Assembly: GCF_006345805.1 (NCBI RefSeq)
Contig: NC_043007.1
Span: forward strand, 73,718,001 to 73,782,000
DNA: 64,000 nt
Direction of reading: 5' to 3'
Source: Octopus sinensis
Taxonomy: Eukaryota
Positions 27,265 through 38,985 of the stretch are shown here, piece after piece. The notes under the pieces were generated by a model, which did not search any database, was not told the DNA's origin, and worked only from the letters and a program-made list of their open reading frames with translations. Position numbers and translations under genes: made by a program. Position 1 is the stretch's first letter; each line of letters starts with the position of its first letter.

Positions 27265-30201
27265 AAATGAGTGTTTGTTTACCTTCCGTTTTAGGTGTCC
27301 AGGTAAAAAAAAAAGCGCATTGAGTTATGTCCCTTGAATTAGTTCGTCTATAGCAGTGAATCTCGACCATTTTTTTGCCTACAGACCCTCTTGATTCCTG
27401 TTTTACTCTATTAGCCCCTCCCTCCCACTACAAAAGAAAAATCCTATTATATTTTTATAATTAGATATTGTTGGGAAGTGTATAAAATAAGTTGTTAAAT
27501 ATTTTGTTTTGCAGATATATAACCAATTTATTGCTCATAAATTTTAACAACAAAATTTCATATGGATCCCCAAGGGTCAGATGAATATCGGTTGAGAACC
27601 ACTGGTTTATATCTATGCGTGACCACATTAATATGCATGTATATATGTGTCTACATGCATATTTATACATGCACACACACACGTGTCTGTGAATGTACAT
27701 CATCATCATCGTTTAGCATCCGCTTTACATGCTAGCATGGGTTGGACGGTTCAACTGGGGTCTGGAAAGCCAGAAGGCTGCACCAGGCCCAGTCTGATCT
27801 GGCAATGTTTCTACGGCTGGATGCCCTTCCTAACGCCAACCACTCCGTGAGTGTAGTGGGTGCTTTTTACGTGCTACCGGCACAGGTGCCAGATGAGACT
27901 GGCAAACGGCCATGATCGGATGGTGCTTTTTACGTGCCACTGGCATGGGGGCCAGGCGAAGGTGGCAACGGCCACAATCAGATGGTGCTTTTTACGTGCC
28001 ACCGGCACGAGCCAGTCGGGGTGGTGCTGGCAACGGCCATGTTCGGATCATGCATGAATAATATAAAGACTTGAAGTCACATTGCAATATTTCACAGATT
28101 GCACTTTTCTTTTTAATATATATCATCCCTGTACCCATAGCAAACAAGAAATATATATATATAGTAATGCCCAAGTGACATACACTGATCATGATATGGG
28201 GTTTATCCATAATTTATATTGGTGCTACTATGGCATGTAATCTACAACTTTAAGGGTGATTACTTTAGATTTTTAGTTTATGTTGCAAAAGTTGCAGCTG
28301 CCAAACTTGTGTGATGTATGCACTTATTCTAATTATTATATTGTTTATTCTTGGTTTCTTATTGTTATTTACTAAGACGTAAATGAAACAAGGTTTTATT
28401 ATTAAAATAGTAAGAATTTTGAAAAAATACTGTGTCAATGTATTCTCTTTTACTCATTTACTTGTTTCAGTCATTTGACTGCAGCCATGCTGGAGCACTG
28501 CTTTTAGTCAAGTAGATCGACCCCAGGACTTATTCTTTGTAAGCCTAGTACTTTATTCTATCGGTCTCTTTTGCCGAACTGCTAAGTTACGGGGATGTAA
28601 ACACACCAGCATCGGTTGTCAAGCGATGTTGGGGGGACAAACACAGACACACAAACACACATACACACATATATATATATATACATATACATATATACGA
28701 TGGGCTTCTTTCAGTTTCCGTCTACCAAATCCACTCACAAGGCTTTGGTCGGCCCGAGGCTATAGTAGAAGACACTTGCCCAAGATGCCATGCAGTGGGA
28801 CTGAACCTGGAACCATGTGGTTGGTAAGCAAGCTACTTACCACACAGCCACTCCCGCACCTATATGCATAACTTTGATAGGTTTCAGCCAGTATATGCCC
28901 AGGCTATGTTTAACTTAATAGCACCACTTGGTACAAAAGAATTTATTGTAAAAAATCTGTAGCTAACATGCTAAGTCTTTTTAGAAATTGAAAAGTAAAC
29001 TAAAATGTAACCTAAAGTAATCACCCTTTAGGTTGTAGACCATACACTTTTATTTTTGAGTCAATGTTTGAAGTTGTCTTCAGCCATGTACTTGTGGTAT
29101 TTTTAAAAATACAACTTAGAAAACTACAACTGACTGAATTCATTAGGTATTCACTGACTGACCAATTGTCTCATCTAGATTCGTTGCAAGTAGGTACCAT
29201 GGAGCGGAACGGTACACTGCTTTATGCAAGCACTGGGTGCTGTTCTACTCATGAATGACATGCAGTTTGTTAACCCTTTAGCATTTAACCCTTTTGATAT
29301 CAACCCGGCTAAAACTGCCCTGGCTCTGTAGTACAAATGTCTTGTTTTCATAAGTTTTGAATTAAAATCTTCCACCAAACCTTAGTCACAATTTATATTC
29401 CTAACACTAGCTGAATGATAACTAAGTTATTTTACTAAATTCTTTGTTATATTTAAAGTAATTGAAAGAAACACAGAGCATCTCAAAATAAATACAGTAA
29501 CAAAAGGGTTAAACCAGTCATATCTGGCCAAAATATTCTGTCTGTTTTATGCTCAAACTGGCCAGATCCATCATCTTACACCTACCCTACAATGTCATTC
29601 TAAAAATAAACAATCTCATCATCAAAGCTTCAAAGCCCCAAGATAATGAATAATTAATTCAAAACAATAATTAAGTATTAGATTTGACAGAGTACTCTGG
29701 ATGCTAAAGGGTTAAATGACTTTACTCACTTCACAGGATTCCCCAAGAGTGATTATGAGAGTAGTTTGGAGATAGCTGAATGTGAAAAAATGATTAATTT
29801 GTCTTAGATTCACTATCATAAAATAAATGGTGCTAATATAACCTAATAAATAAAACCACTAGCATCTTATATTGAGAGTTGTTTTATTGTTTTTTAAAGT
29901 GGCTCTATCCGGGAAGGTGACTCTCTCATGCTTGGACCTATGTCGGATGGAGAATTTCATCATGTTACTGTGAAAACAGTTCATCGAAATCGTCTTCCTT
30001 GTCGCCTAATTCAAGCTGGACAGTCAGCTACTGTGGCTCTGTATAATATTGAACGTGAATCTCTTCGCAAGGTTTGTAACATATTGCGTCCCATTCTCAA
30101 TTTGTTTTGTATTTTTAATTCTATCTCTCTTCTCTCTCTCTGTCCTCTATGCTTTCTTCTTCACTCACTCCTCTTCTTTTTTACTTTATACATACATACA
30201 T

Positions 30202-30252
<51 letters not shown>

Positions 30253-33200
30253 TTTGAAAAGGATCTGAGTTCTTTTTTGATCTGTTAAAAGAAAAATAAA
30301 TATTTATGGTATGCATTGTTCAAATAACTCTGATCCTGTTCAGATCTAAGAGCTCTAATCCACTGCTGAATTCTAGATTGAAATTTTCAGTGGTTGTTCA
30401 AGCAAACATTAGTTATGCAGGTAACTTGCCTGAACAAATGTCTGGGTTTGATGTTAGCCTATAAATCCTCAAGAATTGTGTCAATGCTGTGTCATTGACC
30501 AGCTCATTTCTTGATTTCTTTAATGCTCTTTTAAATGTATCCATGAACCGTTCTTCTTGCCTGTTTGATCTTGGGAAATATAGCGGAATAGAGACGTGTT
30601 CAATTGCAAGAATTTTAAAATTCATATGCTGTAAATTGTGTACCATTATCGGATAGTATGGTGTCTGGGACACCATATCCTGCAAAGTATTTGTGAAGAA
30701 ATTCTATTGTTACCGTGGAGGTTGGTTTCCTACATCTACATATTTCCGGCCACTTAGTATAACTATCTACTACTATCTACAACTTCTTATAAGTGATTTC
30801 ATTCTCAAAATTCTTGGGCGACCAATATGAAATTCTTTTAATAAATGCTTTTGTTGTGCGGCTGGCACTATGACTCTTTGTGCATTTATCAACTCATTGT
30901 CACACAATGAAGAATGGTTCACATTTGTGTTGCGCATATTTTTATCTTCTTTGACCTTCAGTGTTTCTTTCATTTTTATAAAAAGTTTACTGGTCCAGCA
31001 AAATTTATATGAAGCGTGGTCCTTGGGCTGTCAGTTTTAGGCCATGGTTGAAATTTTACCAGTGGTGACTTGGGTGCAAGGGCACAATCTCTGCAGGATT
31101 TCACTGACTCTTCATTGTCAAGGTCCATTGTTGGCCAATATACATAACTTCTCATAAGTGATTTCATTCTCAAAATTCTTGGGCGACCAATATGAAATTC
31201 TTTTAATAAATGCTTTTGTTGTGCGGCTGGCACTATGACTCTTTGTGCATTTATCAACACATTGTCACACAATGAAAAATGGTTCACATTTGTGTTGCGC
31301 ATATTTTTATCTTCTTTGGCCTTCAGTGTTTCTTTCATTTTTATAATGAGTTTATCATTCTCCAACTTTGATTTTATGTCTGGCAGCATAACCGACAGTT
31401 CCTGAATACGTGACACAAAACATTTTAAATTTCATTTTGACATTCCTCTGCCACTGCCTGTAGAGTCAAATTCTGGTCCTGTTTTAATTTTGTCAATATC
31501 TGGGCACATATCTCTGATTTTTGCTTGCAGTTAACCCTTGCAGAAAAATTAGACATTTGAACATATCCAGGGTTAATTTTTTTAGTTTGAATTTTTTGCT
31601 TTCTCGATTGATGACTCTGGCAAAGGTGATGAAATCTTCATCATCTTTTTTTTTGCTAAATTCAAACACTCTCAGTGAGTATTGAACAAGGGACTTCACT
31701 TCTTTCACTGATAATTTTCAATAACAATTTGTTTCATTGAAACAAATTTTACATTTTTTTTTTTGGCAGCATGTAGTTACAGTATTTTTTGTGTTCCGCA
31801 GGGGATAATGTTCTTAAAAGTATACATTCTTCTGGGTTATAACTAAATTCTGCAATTGTGTTTGTTACGCCATATGGCGAGAACGAACCTGAAGTATTTT
31901 CAAACTTCAACATTAATTCCAGCAACTGTTGATATTGCTGTAGTTATTGTTGTAATTGCTGCTGTAACTGTTGTTGCTATTGCTGTTGCAACTGCATCAC
32001 AGAGGCTAATAAGTTTTCCATGTTAACTAATTTTTCTTTGATTTTGTATCAAAAGAAAATGTTAACATCTTACATAAGCTTTGAATAAACTTGTCACCAC
32101 TTTCATAAGTGGATATCCTTGTTGCCAATGTTATATCCTTCTGCAGGTTTGATACACAGATTTCATGAAGCAGGGATAGGCACAACTATCTTCACATGAG
32201 ACTCCTATAAATACAAACTCTCAATGATCTCAATGACTTCCACAAACTCTCAATGATTCTTACGACTTCCTCTCATCTCTACCAATATGCTACTTTTGGC
32301 TAGTCCATTCTTCCAATCCCACAGGGGTGTCAATGACTCTCGCCACAACACTTTATCTCCTCATAACTTAGTAACCTTAAAATGGTTTTATTTACATACA
32401 GAAACTTAGAACATTTTATATTATTATTTTAAGTCTTAAGGTGCATATTAACATTCATATGTATGAAAGAATGTGCAGACATGGCTGTGTGGTTGACAAG
32501 TTTGCTTTGCAACCATGTGGTTGCCCAAGGTGAGGTGTCTTAAGGTGGAAAGCTGGCAGAATCATTAGCATGCCAGGCAAAATTCTTAGTGATATTTCAC
32601 CTGTCTTTACATTCTGAGTTCAAATTCTGCCAAGGTAAACTTTGCCTTCCATTCTTTCAGGGTTGATGCATTAAATACCAATTGAGTACTGGGGTCAATG
32701 TAATTGACTTAACTTCTTCCCAAAATTGCTGGCCTTTACCTCTTTTACCTCTTTTACTTGTTTCAGTCATTTGACTGCAGCCATGCTGGAGCACCACCAT
32801 TTTTTTTAATCGAGCAACTCGACCCTGGAACTTATTCTTTGTAAACCCAGTACTTATTCTATCGGTCTCTTTTGCCGAACCGCTAAGTGACGGGGACATA
32901 AACACACCAGCATCGGTTGTCAAGCAATGCTAGGGGGACAAACACAGACACACAAACATACACGCACACACATATATATATATACATATATACGATGGGC
33001 TTCTTTCAGTTTCTGTCTACCAAATCCTCTCACAAGGCTTTGGTCGGCCCGAAGCTATAGTAGAAGACACTTGCCCAAGGTGCCACGCAGTGGGACTGAA
33101 CCCGGAACCATGTGGTTGGTAAACAAGCTACTTACCACACAACTACTCCTGTGCCTTGTGCCAAAATTTGAAACCATTATTACTTCAAGTCTTAAGGCAG

Positions 33201-36200
33201 TGAGCTGGCAGAATTCCTAGCATGCTGGACGGAATGCTTAGTGGCATTTCATGTCTTTATGTTCTGAGTTCAAATTTTGTTGAGGTTCACTTTGCCTTTC
33301 ATCCATTCAAAGTTGATAAACTAACTACCATTTGCACACTGGGGACCAATGAAATTGACTGGCCCCTCCCCCAAAATTTCAAGCCTTGTGCCTATGATAG
33401 AAAGATTCTCACTGTGTAACACGATTTTTGTCCTTGGGTCGCAACTGTTATTTCCTATTTGCTTACCTCTAGAAAGCATGAAAAATGACTAATATTTCCT
33501 TCAAACTTTGCTTTTGTTACATTTATGCAAACCCCAAATAATCCCTCTCAACACATGGCTGTGATACCCTCCACCACTCTACTCTTGCTCATGATCAGCG
33601 ATGCACATATTGTCAGTCTCAAAGGAATGTACTCAATTTGTTATGGTCAAACAGTTGAAAAGTAAATCTGTGGTATTGAGCAGAGTATTTGCTATAACAA
33701 TATTTCTGCTTCAGAAGGTGGTGAGCTGGCAGAAACATTAAAATGCCGGGCAAAATACTTAGTGGTATTTCATCTGTCTTTACGTTCTGAGTTCAAATTC
33801 CGCCGAGGTCGACTTTGCCTTTCATCCTTTCAGGATCAATGAATTAAGTACCAGTTGTGTACTGGGGTCAATCTAATCAACTGGCCCCATCCACCCAAAT
33901 TTTGTTTGTCTGTCGTTGTTTGTCCACTCTGTGTTTAGCCCCTTGTGGGTAGTAAAGAAATAAATATTTCGTCTGCCATTACGTTCTGAGTTCAAATTCC
34001 GCCGAAGACGACTTTGTCTTTCATCCTTTCAGGATCGATAAATTAAGTAGCAGTTATGCACTGGGGTCGATGTAATCAACTTAATCCGTTTGTCTGTCCT
34101 TGTTTGTCCCCTCTATGTTTAGCCCCTTGTGGGCAATAAAGAAATAAGAAATGTTATCACGTAGGGCGAAATGCTTAGTAGTATTTCGTGTCTTTACGTT
34201 CTGAGTTCAAATTCCGCCGAGGTCGATTTTGCCTTCCATCCTTTCAGGATCAATAAATTAAGCACCAGTTGCGTACTGGGGTCAATCTACTCAACTGGCC
34301 CCATCCCCCAAAATTTTGGGCCTTGTGCCTGGAGTAGAAAAGAATATTTCTGCTTGAACAACTTGACACTGAATCTGTCTGAAATATAATGAAAAATAGG
34401 AACGGCGGTGAGCTGGCAGAAACGTTAGCATGCTGGGCGAAATGCTTAGCCCTATTTCATCTGCCGTTATGTTCTGAGTTCAAATTCCGCCGAGGTTGAC
34501 TTTGCCTTTCAATCTTTCGGGGTCGATAAATTAAGTACCAGTTATGCACTGGGGTCAATGTAATTGACTTAATCCATTTGTCTGTCTTTGTTTGTCCCCT
34601 CTGTGTTTAGCCCCTTGTAGGTAGTAAAGAAATATATGATGAAAAATAGGTCAGTTTCAAAACATTGATGTCCAAATCACAAAAGCAAAGTTTGAAAGGA
34701 AGAGTTGTTATTTCCTTTGATTTCTAGATAGAAGCAAATAGGAAATAACAGTTATTGACCGAAATAAAATAAATAAATAAAGAAAGAAATAAATAATTTT
34801 GTGAACAGTGTTATCACTTCAAGTTTTCCTCTAACATATTATTATTGTCAACTCTATTCTAATACTTTACAAAAACATGATTTTCATGGTGTTCTTCATT
34901 TCTTACTCCTCCTCCTTCATTCCCACCCTCATACACAATATGAATATTGAAACATCAGCATTTTTTCACACAAATTCCAGGGGGCTTCTGAACTCTTATA
35001 ACAATAAAAGCTATAAATTCCAATGTATTTTTAACCATATTTCTGAGGTATTTGTTTGTATTTTGACCGAATTCTGACCTGTATTCTTTCATATTTGACC
35101 ACTACTGAACTCTGTGTTTTCTTAAACGGAATGAAAACCTCAAGAAAAAAAGTTAATGTTTGTGACATGTGGTTGATCATCTGTAAAACAATGCCTCACT
35201 GATTTGTAGACAAACTACACTGGTTGTCAAGTGGTGGTGGTGGACAAACACAAAGACAGAGACACACAAACATATACATTCATATACATCTATAGGTGTA
35301 GCTGTGGGATAAGAAGTTTGCTTCCCAACCATATGGTTCTAGGTTCAGTCCCATTGTATGGCACCTTGGGCAAGTATCTTCTACTATAGCCTTGGGCCAA
35401 CCAAAACTTTGCGAGTGGATTTGCTAGACAGAAACTTGAAGAAGTCCATTGTGTGTGTGTGTGTGTGTGTGTGTCTGTGTTTGTCTACCACCACTGCTTG
35501 ACAACTGGTGTTGGTGTGTTTATGTCCCCATAACTTAGCAATTTGGCAAATGAGACAGCTAGAATAAATACCAGACTTGACAAAAATTAAACAGTATAAT
35601 AAGTACTGGAGTTGATTCATTCAACTAAAATTCTTGAAGGCAGCGATCTTCTTCTTACAGCATTCACCCGGGGTGGGTTGAGCTGGCTTCATTCATCCTC
35701 AATGCTGCATCTTTCACAAACGCCGACCAGGCCTGGCGATTTGAGGCTAACGACCGCGTGATCTCCAACCACTCCTTGTTCCAGTGGTGAATGCCATAGA
35801 TATGGGGGCCTAGGTTGGGTTCCAGATCAGCCTTGACTGTCATCAGCCAGGTTTTTCGTTGTCCACCACATCACTTTTGCCAACTCTGAAGGGGAGCTGG
35901 GGCAATTGCTTCGTAGATGAATTCTCCTGGTTGACGATGCTCCAGCATGGCTGCAGTCCAATGACTGAGACAAGTAAAAAAGTTACAACAGACTTCCACA
36001 CATTTTCTGTCTACCAAATTTACTCACAAGGCATTTGGTCTTGGCTTTAAAAGAAAAAGACACTTGCCTAAGGTGTCACATTGTGGGCCTGAACCTGAAA
36101 CCACATGGTTGCAAAGTAAACCTGTTAACCACACAGCTATTCCTATGTCTGTACCTTCTTTCATACATATGAATGTTAATATGCACCTTCAACAACTCAG

Positions 36201-38734
36201 TACATATTCATGTGTTTGTTTATACATGGAGTTGTATGTAACAAACTAGAAATTACTAATATTTTACTAGGAAAAGTAGTTTGTTGGTTTCATTATACTT
36301 TTTTAATAAGCAATATTTTTTTTCTTTTACAGGGAATGGTTTTAGTGAGCCCAGAATCATCTCCTTTTGCTTGTATTGAATTTGATGCAAATATCTACGT
36401 TTTATTTCATGCTAAACACATATCGACTGGCTTCCAAACAACAATACATGTTGGTAATGTCAGGCAAACGGTGAAAATTGTCAGAATGGATAAAGTAAGT
36501 TAACATTAAATAACATTTCGTTTTTGGATTTGGTTTGCAAGATTCTTTATATGAGTTCGTGTGTTGAAGCATATTCTGTTGCGTCTGGGGAGAGTCATTC
36601 TCTTGTAGCGCCTTATTATTTAACACACTCACCGGTAAAATTTCCACTTATTTCTTAATTTTATTTTCTAAAATTTTCGTTGCATCTTGCAACCTTTTTA
36701 ATAGTCTTGAGAGTCAAGACTATTAAAAAGGTTGCAAGACGCAATGAAAATTTTAGAAAATAAAAATAAGAAATAAGTGGAAATTTTACCGGTGAGTGTG
36801 TTAAATAATAAGGCACTAAAAGAGAATGACTCTCCCCAGACACAATTAAATAACATCTTAGACTTGAATGGAATTTACTCAGTTCATAAGGTGCTGCCCT
36901 ACTGATCAAAGAGTTTTTTACTCTGTTATTATGATTGCTATGAGGTTTTAGCCAAAACACTTTAAATTTCAGTGGTCCTGTACATGTAACTGTGATTAGG
37001 TTAGTGCAGTAAGTTGTTGTGATTCTGTAAAATTGATATTTCGTTGGTTCTCAGTGCTCAGCTCAACATTTTCCATGGGTAAAGCTTGGAGAGGGAATGG
37101 ATTTTGATACTGGGCTTCTGCAGATACTGGCATTCTTTCAGTTACGTTGACAAGGGTTCCAGTTGATCTGATCAACAGAACAGCCTGCTCATGAAATTAA
37201 CATGCAAGTGGCTGAACACTCCACAGACACACATACCTTTAAGATAAGCCTCAGGGAGATTCAGCATGACACAGAATGGGACAAGCCTGGCCCTTTTGAA
37301 ATACAAGTACTACTTATTTTTGCCAGCTGAGTGGACTGGAGCCACCTGAAATAAAATGTTTTGCTCAAGGACACAATATGCTGCTAGGAATCAAACTGAA
37401 AACCTTACGATTGCAAGCCAAATACCCTAACCACTAAGCCATGTGCCTTTCCGCAGATACCTAAATACAAAACCTTCAAGATACCAAATCTAATCCATTA
37501 GCAATTCCTCATACTTGAATAAGTGTGATTCCTGTAGAGTTTGAGTGAGTTCTTGCTAAATTATCTTATTTCATTTGTGCCTCCACTTTATGGCTGTACT
37601 CAATCATTAGAAGCACCGTGATGACAAACTTTTTGGTAAAGACTTAACGAACTCATTGAGGGTTGTGTGACATTATTCGTAATTACATAAAGGTAGTGAG
37701 CTACAGTGGAAAATGATTTGTTGTGTTTGCTCCAACTCATTATATTCTGAGTTCAATTTTCATCAAGATCAACTTTGCCCTTCATCCTTTTAGGGTTAAT
37801 AAAATATATATCAGTCAGATACTGTTATGATGCAATTGATTTGCCCCTTCCCCTCAAAATTTCTGGCTTTTTGCCACATTTTGAAAGCTTTATTTGTACA
37901 ATACTGTTAATTTATATTATCTTTAGTTTAAATGTGCATAATTTAGTAGAGCTTTTCTTTTTTTTTTTTAATCAAAAGACTCCAGAGCTAATCACAAACC
38001 TGTTTTTCAAATATTGCTTGACCAAATAATGCAGATACACTTGAGCTGGCAGAATCGTTAGCACACCGGGCGAAATGCGTAGCCGTATTTCGTCTGCCGT
38101 TACATTCTGATTTCAAATTCCGCCGAGATCGACTTTGCCTTTCATCCTTTCGGGGTCGATAAATTAAATACCAGTTACGCATTGGGGTTGATGTAATCAA
38201 CTTAAACCCGTTGTCTGTCCTTGTTTGTCCCCTCTATGTTTAGCCCCTTGTGGGTAAAAAAGGAACATATCAAACTTTTCAAAGATAAATCTATAGAGTT
38301 TCTTCAAATTCAACTGATAGAATTTTGGATTCTGGTTATCTTGTATCTTTTACATATTGGCAAACTTAGTGATGTTTGTCTGTTAGGATTTCTCCAAGTA
38401 AGTTGTCAATCAGGTGCTTAACCCTTTAGCGTTTGAAATGGCCAGATCTCCAGCTTGCCACCTTAGTAATTGAAAATATTTGTATCTCTAACATGCTATT
38501 TGTGTTTTGGCGTCAATTTCCTTAACTTTCTATATTTTTCACACCTGTTTTTTCTCTGTTTTTTTCCAGGAAGCTATTAAGACAAATGAAAAGGCTCAAG
38601 TGACATTTCATCTGATAAAACAACCGGAATATATTCGAATAGGTGCTCAGCTTCTTTTTCGAGAAGGTCAGACCAAAGGAATGGGCGAAGTAATAACTGT
38701 TTATCCATTCAATGAGAAAACTCCCCACAGATGA
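6163..38734 (+). CDS. GTPBP2: GTP-binding protein 2 (translational GTPase, EF-Tu/eEF1A-like), complete 12-exon CDS, 561 aa
   Basis: Manual splicing of 12 exons (90+27+185+100+198+175+217+136+59+172+162+165=1686 nt), all GT-AG, phases compatible, no internal stop. Motifs: G1 GNVDAGKST, switch [10 protein letters not shown]3 DLAGHQ, G4 SKID. N-terminal [38 protein letters not shown] and [14 protein letters not shown] match GTPBP2 rather than GTPBP1 (recalled sequences). Confidence 0.96.
7945..9499. mobile_element. non-autonomous mariner-like element with internal modular foldback (intron 1)
   Basis: TA-flanked TIRs CGAGGTGGCGCTGAAAAGTTC and GAATTTTTCAGCACCTCCTCG; internal inverted arms 8150-~8800 vs ~8820-9477. 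Confidence 0.75.
11020..11116 (+). repeat. (GAT/AAT)n microsatellite, tail of a SINE-like repeat
   Basis: Direct inspection. Confidence 0.95.
11146..11172 (+). CDS. GTPBP2: GTPBP2 exon 2, 27-nt micro-exon (VEEGNIEYK)
   Basis: ttctccattctAG acceptor, GTGAGT donor, conserved EGNIEYK; missed by the ORF track. Confidence 0.93.
11955..12188 (+). mobile_element. tRNA-derived SINE family A (Deu/Nin-like core)
   Basis: A-box-like GAGCTGGCAGAA, B-box GAGTTCAAATTCC, core GCCTTTCATCCTTT.GGGGTCGAT.AAATAAGTACCAG; other copies ~1-75(-), 15088(+), 19143-19356(-), 21385(+), 25518(+), 33197(+), 38043(+), 62060-62190(-), 63115-63340(+). Confidence 0.85.
12903..13087 (+). CDS. GTPBP2: GTPBP2 exon 3 (LKLVDPSP...RKMAK)
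   Basis: tattctgcAG acceptor, GTAAGT donor, phase 2. Confidence 0.96.
13726..13825 (+). CDS. GTPBP2: GTPBP2 exon 4 ([11 protein letters not shown]...KVPDDQQ)
   Basis: ttttgttAG acceptor, GTATGA donor; VRKVPDDQQ conserved. Confidence 0.95.
14219..14540. mobile_element. hAT (Charlie/Buster-like) MITE
   Basis: TIR-like TAGTGGTTCTCA...TTGAGAAAACCTG; 8-bp TSD ATCTAGAT/GTCTAGAT fits NTCTAGAN. Confidence 0.75.
15936..16133 (+). CDS. GTPBP2: GTPBP2 exon 5 (P-loop and switch I)
   Basis: tgcAG/GTAATT; [31 protein letters not shown]...SGRTSSIS. Confidence 0.97.
16866..16945. repeat. (TA)n microsatellite
   Basis: Direct inspection; further (TA)n, (CA)n and (CAT/CAC)n tracts at ~24195, 30205, 40618, 47460, 53955, 55125, 60130. 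Confidence 0.95.
17200..17374 (+). CDS. GTPBP2: GTPBP2 exon 6 (G3 DLAGHQ)
   Basis: ttttgcAG/GTAAGT; phase 1. Confidence 0.97.
18189..18406. mobile_element. piggyBac-like MITE
   Basis: TTAA|CCCTTTAGCATT...AATGTTAAAGGG|TTAA. Confidence 0.8.
18906..19122 (+). CDS. GTPBP2: GTPBP2 exon 7 (G4 SKID)
   Basis: atttcAG/GTAGGT; GTTKEHLG...VSKIDMC; phase 2. Confidence 0.97.
19402..19620. mobile_element. piggyBac-like MITE, same family
   Basis: TTAA|TCCTTTAGCATT...ATACTAAAGGG|TTAA. Confidence 0.75.
20926..21061 (+). CDS. GTPBP2: GTPBP2 exon 8 ([12 protein letters not shown]...TEFQ)
   Basis: ttttatttccAG/GTAAAT; frame not shown in the ORF track. Confidence 0.95.
22344..23189 (+). mobile_element. internally deleted Tc1-superfamily DNA transposon with DD36E spacing (Incomer-like)
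   Basis: About 37-bp TIRs (TAGGGGTTGGATAAAATAATGGAAATGCCTTAAAATT / AATTTTAAGGTGTTTCCATTATTTTGTTCAACCCCTA) inside (TA)n; remnants [11 protein letters not shown]...[39 protein letters not shown]. Confidence 0.92.
24420..24760 (+). mobile_element. RTE-clade LINE 3' fragment (older)
   Basis: Degenerate [36 protein letters not shown]. Confidence 0.65.
25354..25412 (+). CDS. GTPBP2: GTPBP2 exon 9 ([19 protein letters not shown])
   Basis: aaacAG acceptor; EF-Tu domain [10 protein letters not shown] motif; weak donor GTTCGT; phase 2. Confidence 0.93.
26730..27075 (-). mobile_element. RTE-clade LINE 3' fragment
   Basis: [35 protein letters not shown]; internally deleted. Confidence 0.8.
29274..29711. 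mobile_element. piggyBac-like MITE with a second piggyBac-like MITE (29289-29508) nested at an internal TTAA
   Basis: Outer CCCTTTAGCA...TGCTAAAGGG; inner CCCTTTTGATA...TAACAAAAGGG; each flanked by TTAA. Confidence 0.8.
29900..30071 (+). CDS. GTPBP2: GTPBP2 exon 10 (GSIREGD...ESLRK)
   Basis: ttttttaaAG acceptor, GTTTGT donor. Confidence 0.94.
30330..32000 (-). mobile_element. degenerate, deleted Gypsy (K02A2.6/Mag-like) relic, antisense in intron 10
   Basis: Gln-rich gag start (~31990-31800); [15 protein letters not shown]; integrase RVIVP...[21 protein letters not shown]...[30 protein letters not shown]; many stops. Confidence 0.85.
33717..34635 (+). mobile_element. head-to-tail multimer of SINE family A
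   Basis: Four B-box/core units in tandem, one headless. Confidence 0.85.
35645..35880 (-). mobile_element. RTE-like LINE 3' terminus
   Basis: [54 protein letters not shown] then stop and a short AAG tail. Confidence 0.6.
36333..36494 (+). CDS. GTPBP2: GTPBP2 exon 11 (GMVLVSPE...VRMDK)
   Basis: ttcttttacAG/GTAAGT; HVGNVRQT conserved. Confidence 0.97.
36583..36841. repeat. 259-bp near-perfect palindrome (MITE-like), intron 11
   Basis: About 129-bp arms around a GAG loop (36711-36713); about 5 mismatches by eye. Confidence 0.95.
37135..37445 (-). mobile_element. tRNA-derived SINE family C
   Basis: Minus-strand head GGCACATGGCTTAGTGGTTAGGG; relatives at ~19865-20180 and ~1860-2095. Confidence 0.7.
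38570..38734 (+). CDS. GTPBP2: GTPBP2 exon 12, terminal (EAIKTNEK...[12 protein letters not shown]...PHR-stop)
   Basis: tttttccAG acceptor; [12 protein letters not shown] motif; TGA. Confidence 0.96.
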   Translation, partial: EAIKTNEKAQVTFHLIKQPEYIRIGAQLLFREGQTKGMGEVITVYPFNEKTPHR

Positions 38735-38979
38735 ACAAAAAAAAAAAAATACTAACTAATCTGTTAATTTCTTTCTCCATGCATATTTATTTCATAACAA
38801 TGCACATTGTGATTATTGTTTGAATCTACAGTTGTAAAAAATTACAAAAAACAAAACAAAACAAAAAAACAATTTATCTGAAAGTTATTATATTTAAACT
38901 GATAACTTTCAAATATAAGTACTGTTTATTGATGCTTGAAACAAGCACGCATTATTTAAAAACAATTTGTCCATGTTAT

Positions 38980-38985
38980 ATTAAA
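38980..38985 (+). promoter_or_regulatory. candidate polyadenylation signal ATTAAA of GTPBP2
   Basis: ATTAAA about 250 nt after the stop in an AU-rich tract, before a Helitron starts at 39096; region is AT-rich so chance is possible. Confidence 0.3.

Noticed and set aside
25413-30077. Non-canonical or U12 introns suggested by the weak donors GTTCGT (25413) and GTTTGT (30072)
   Set aside because: Both are GT-AG and lack the U12 GTATCCTT signature; ordinary weak U2 donors.
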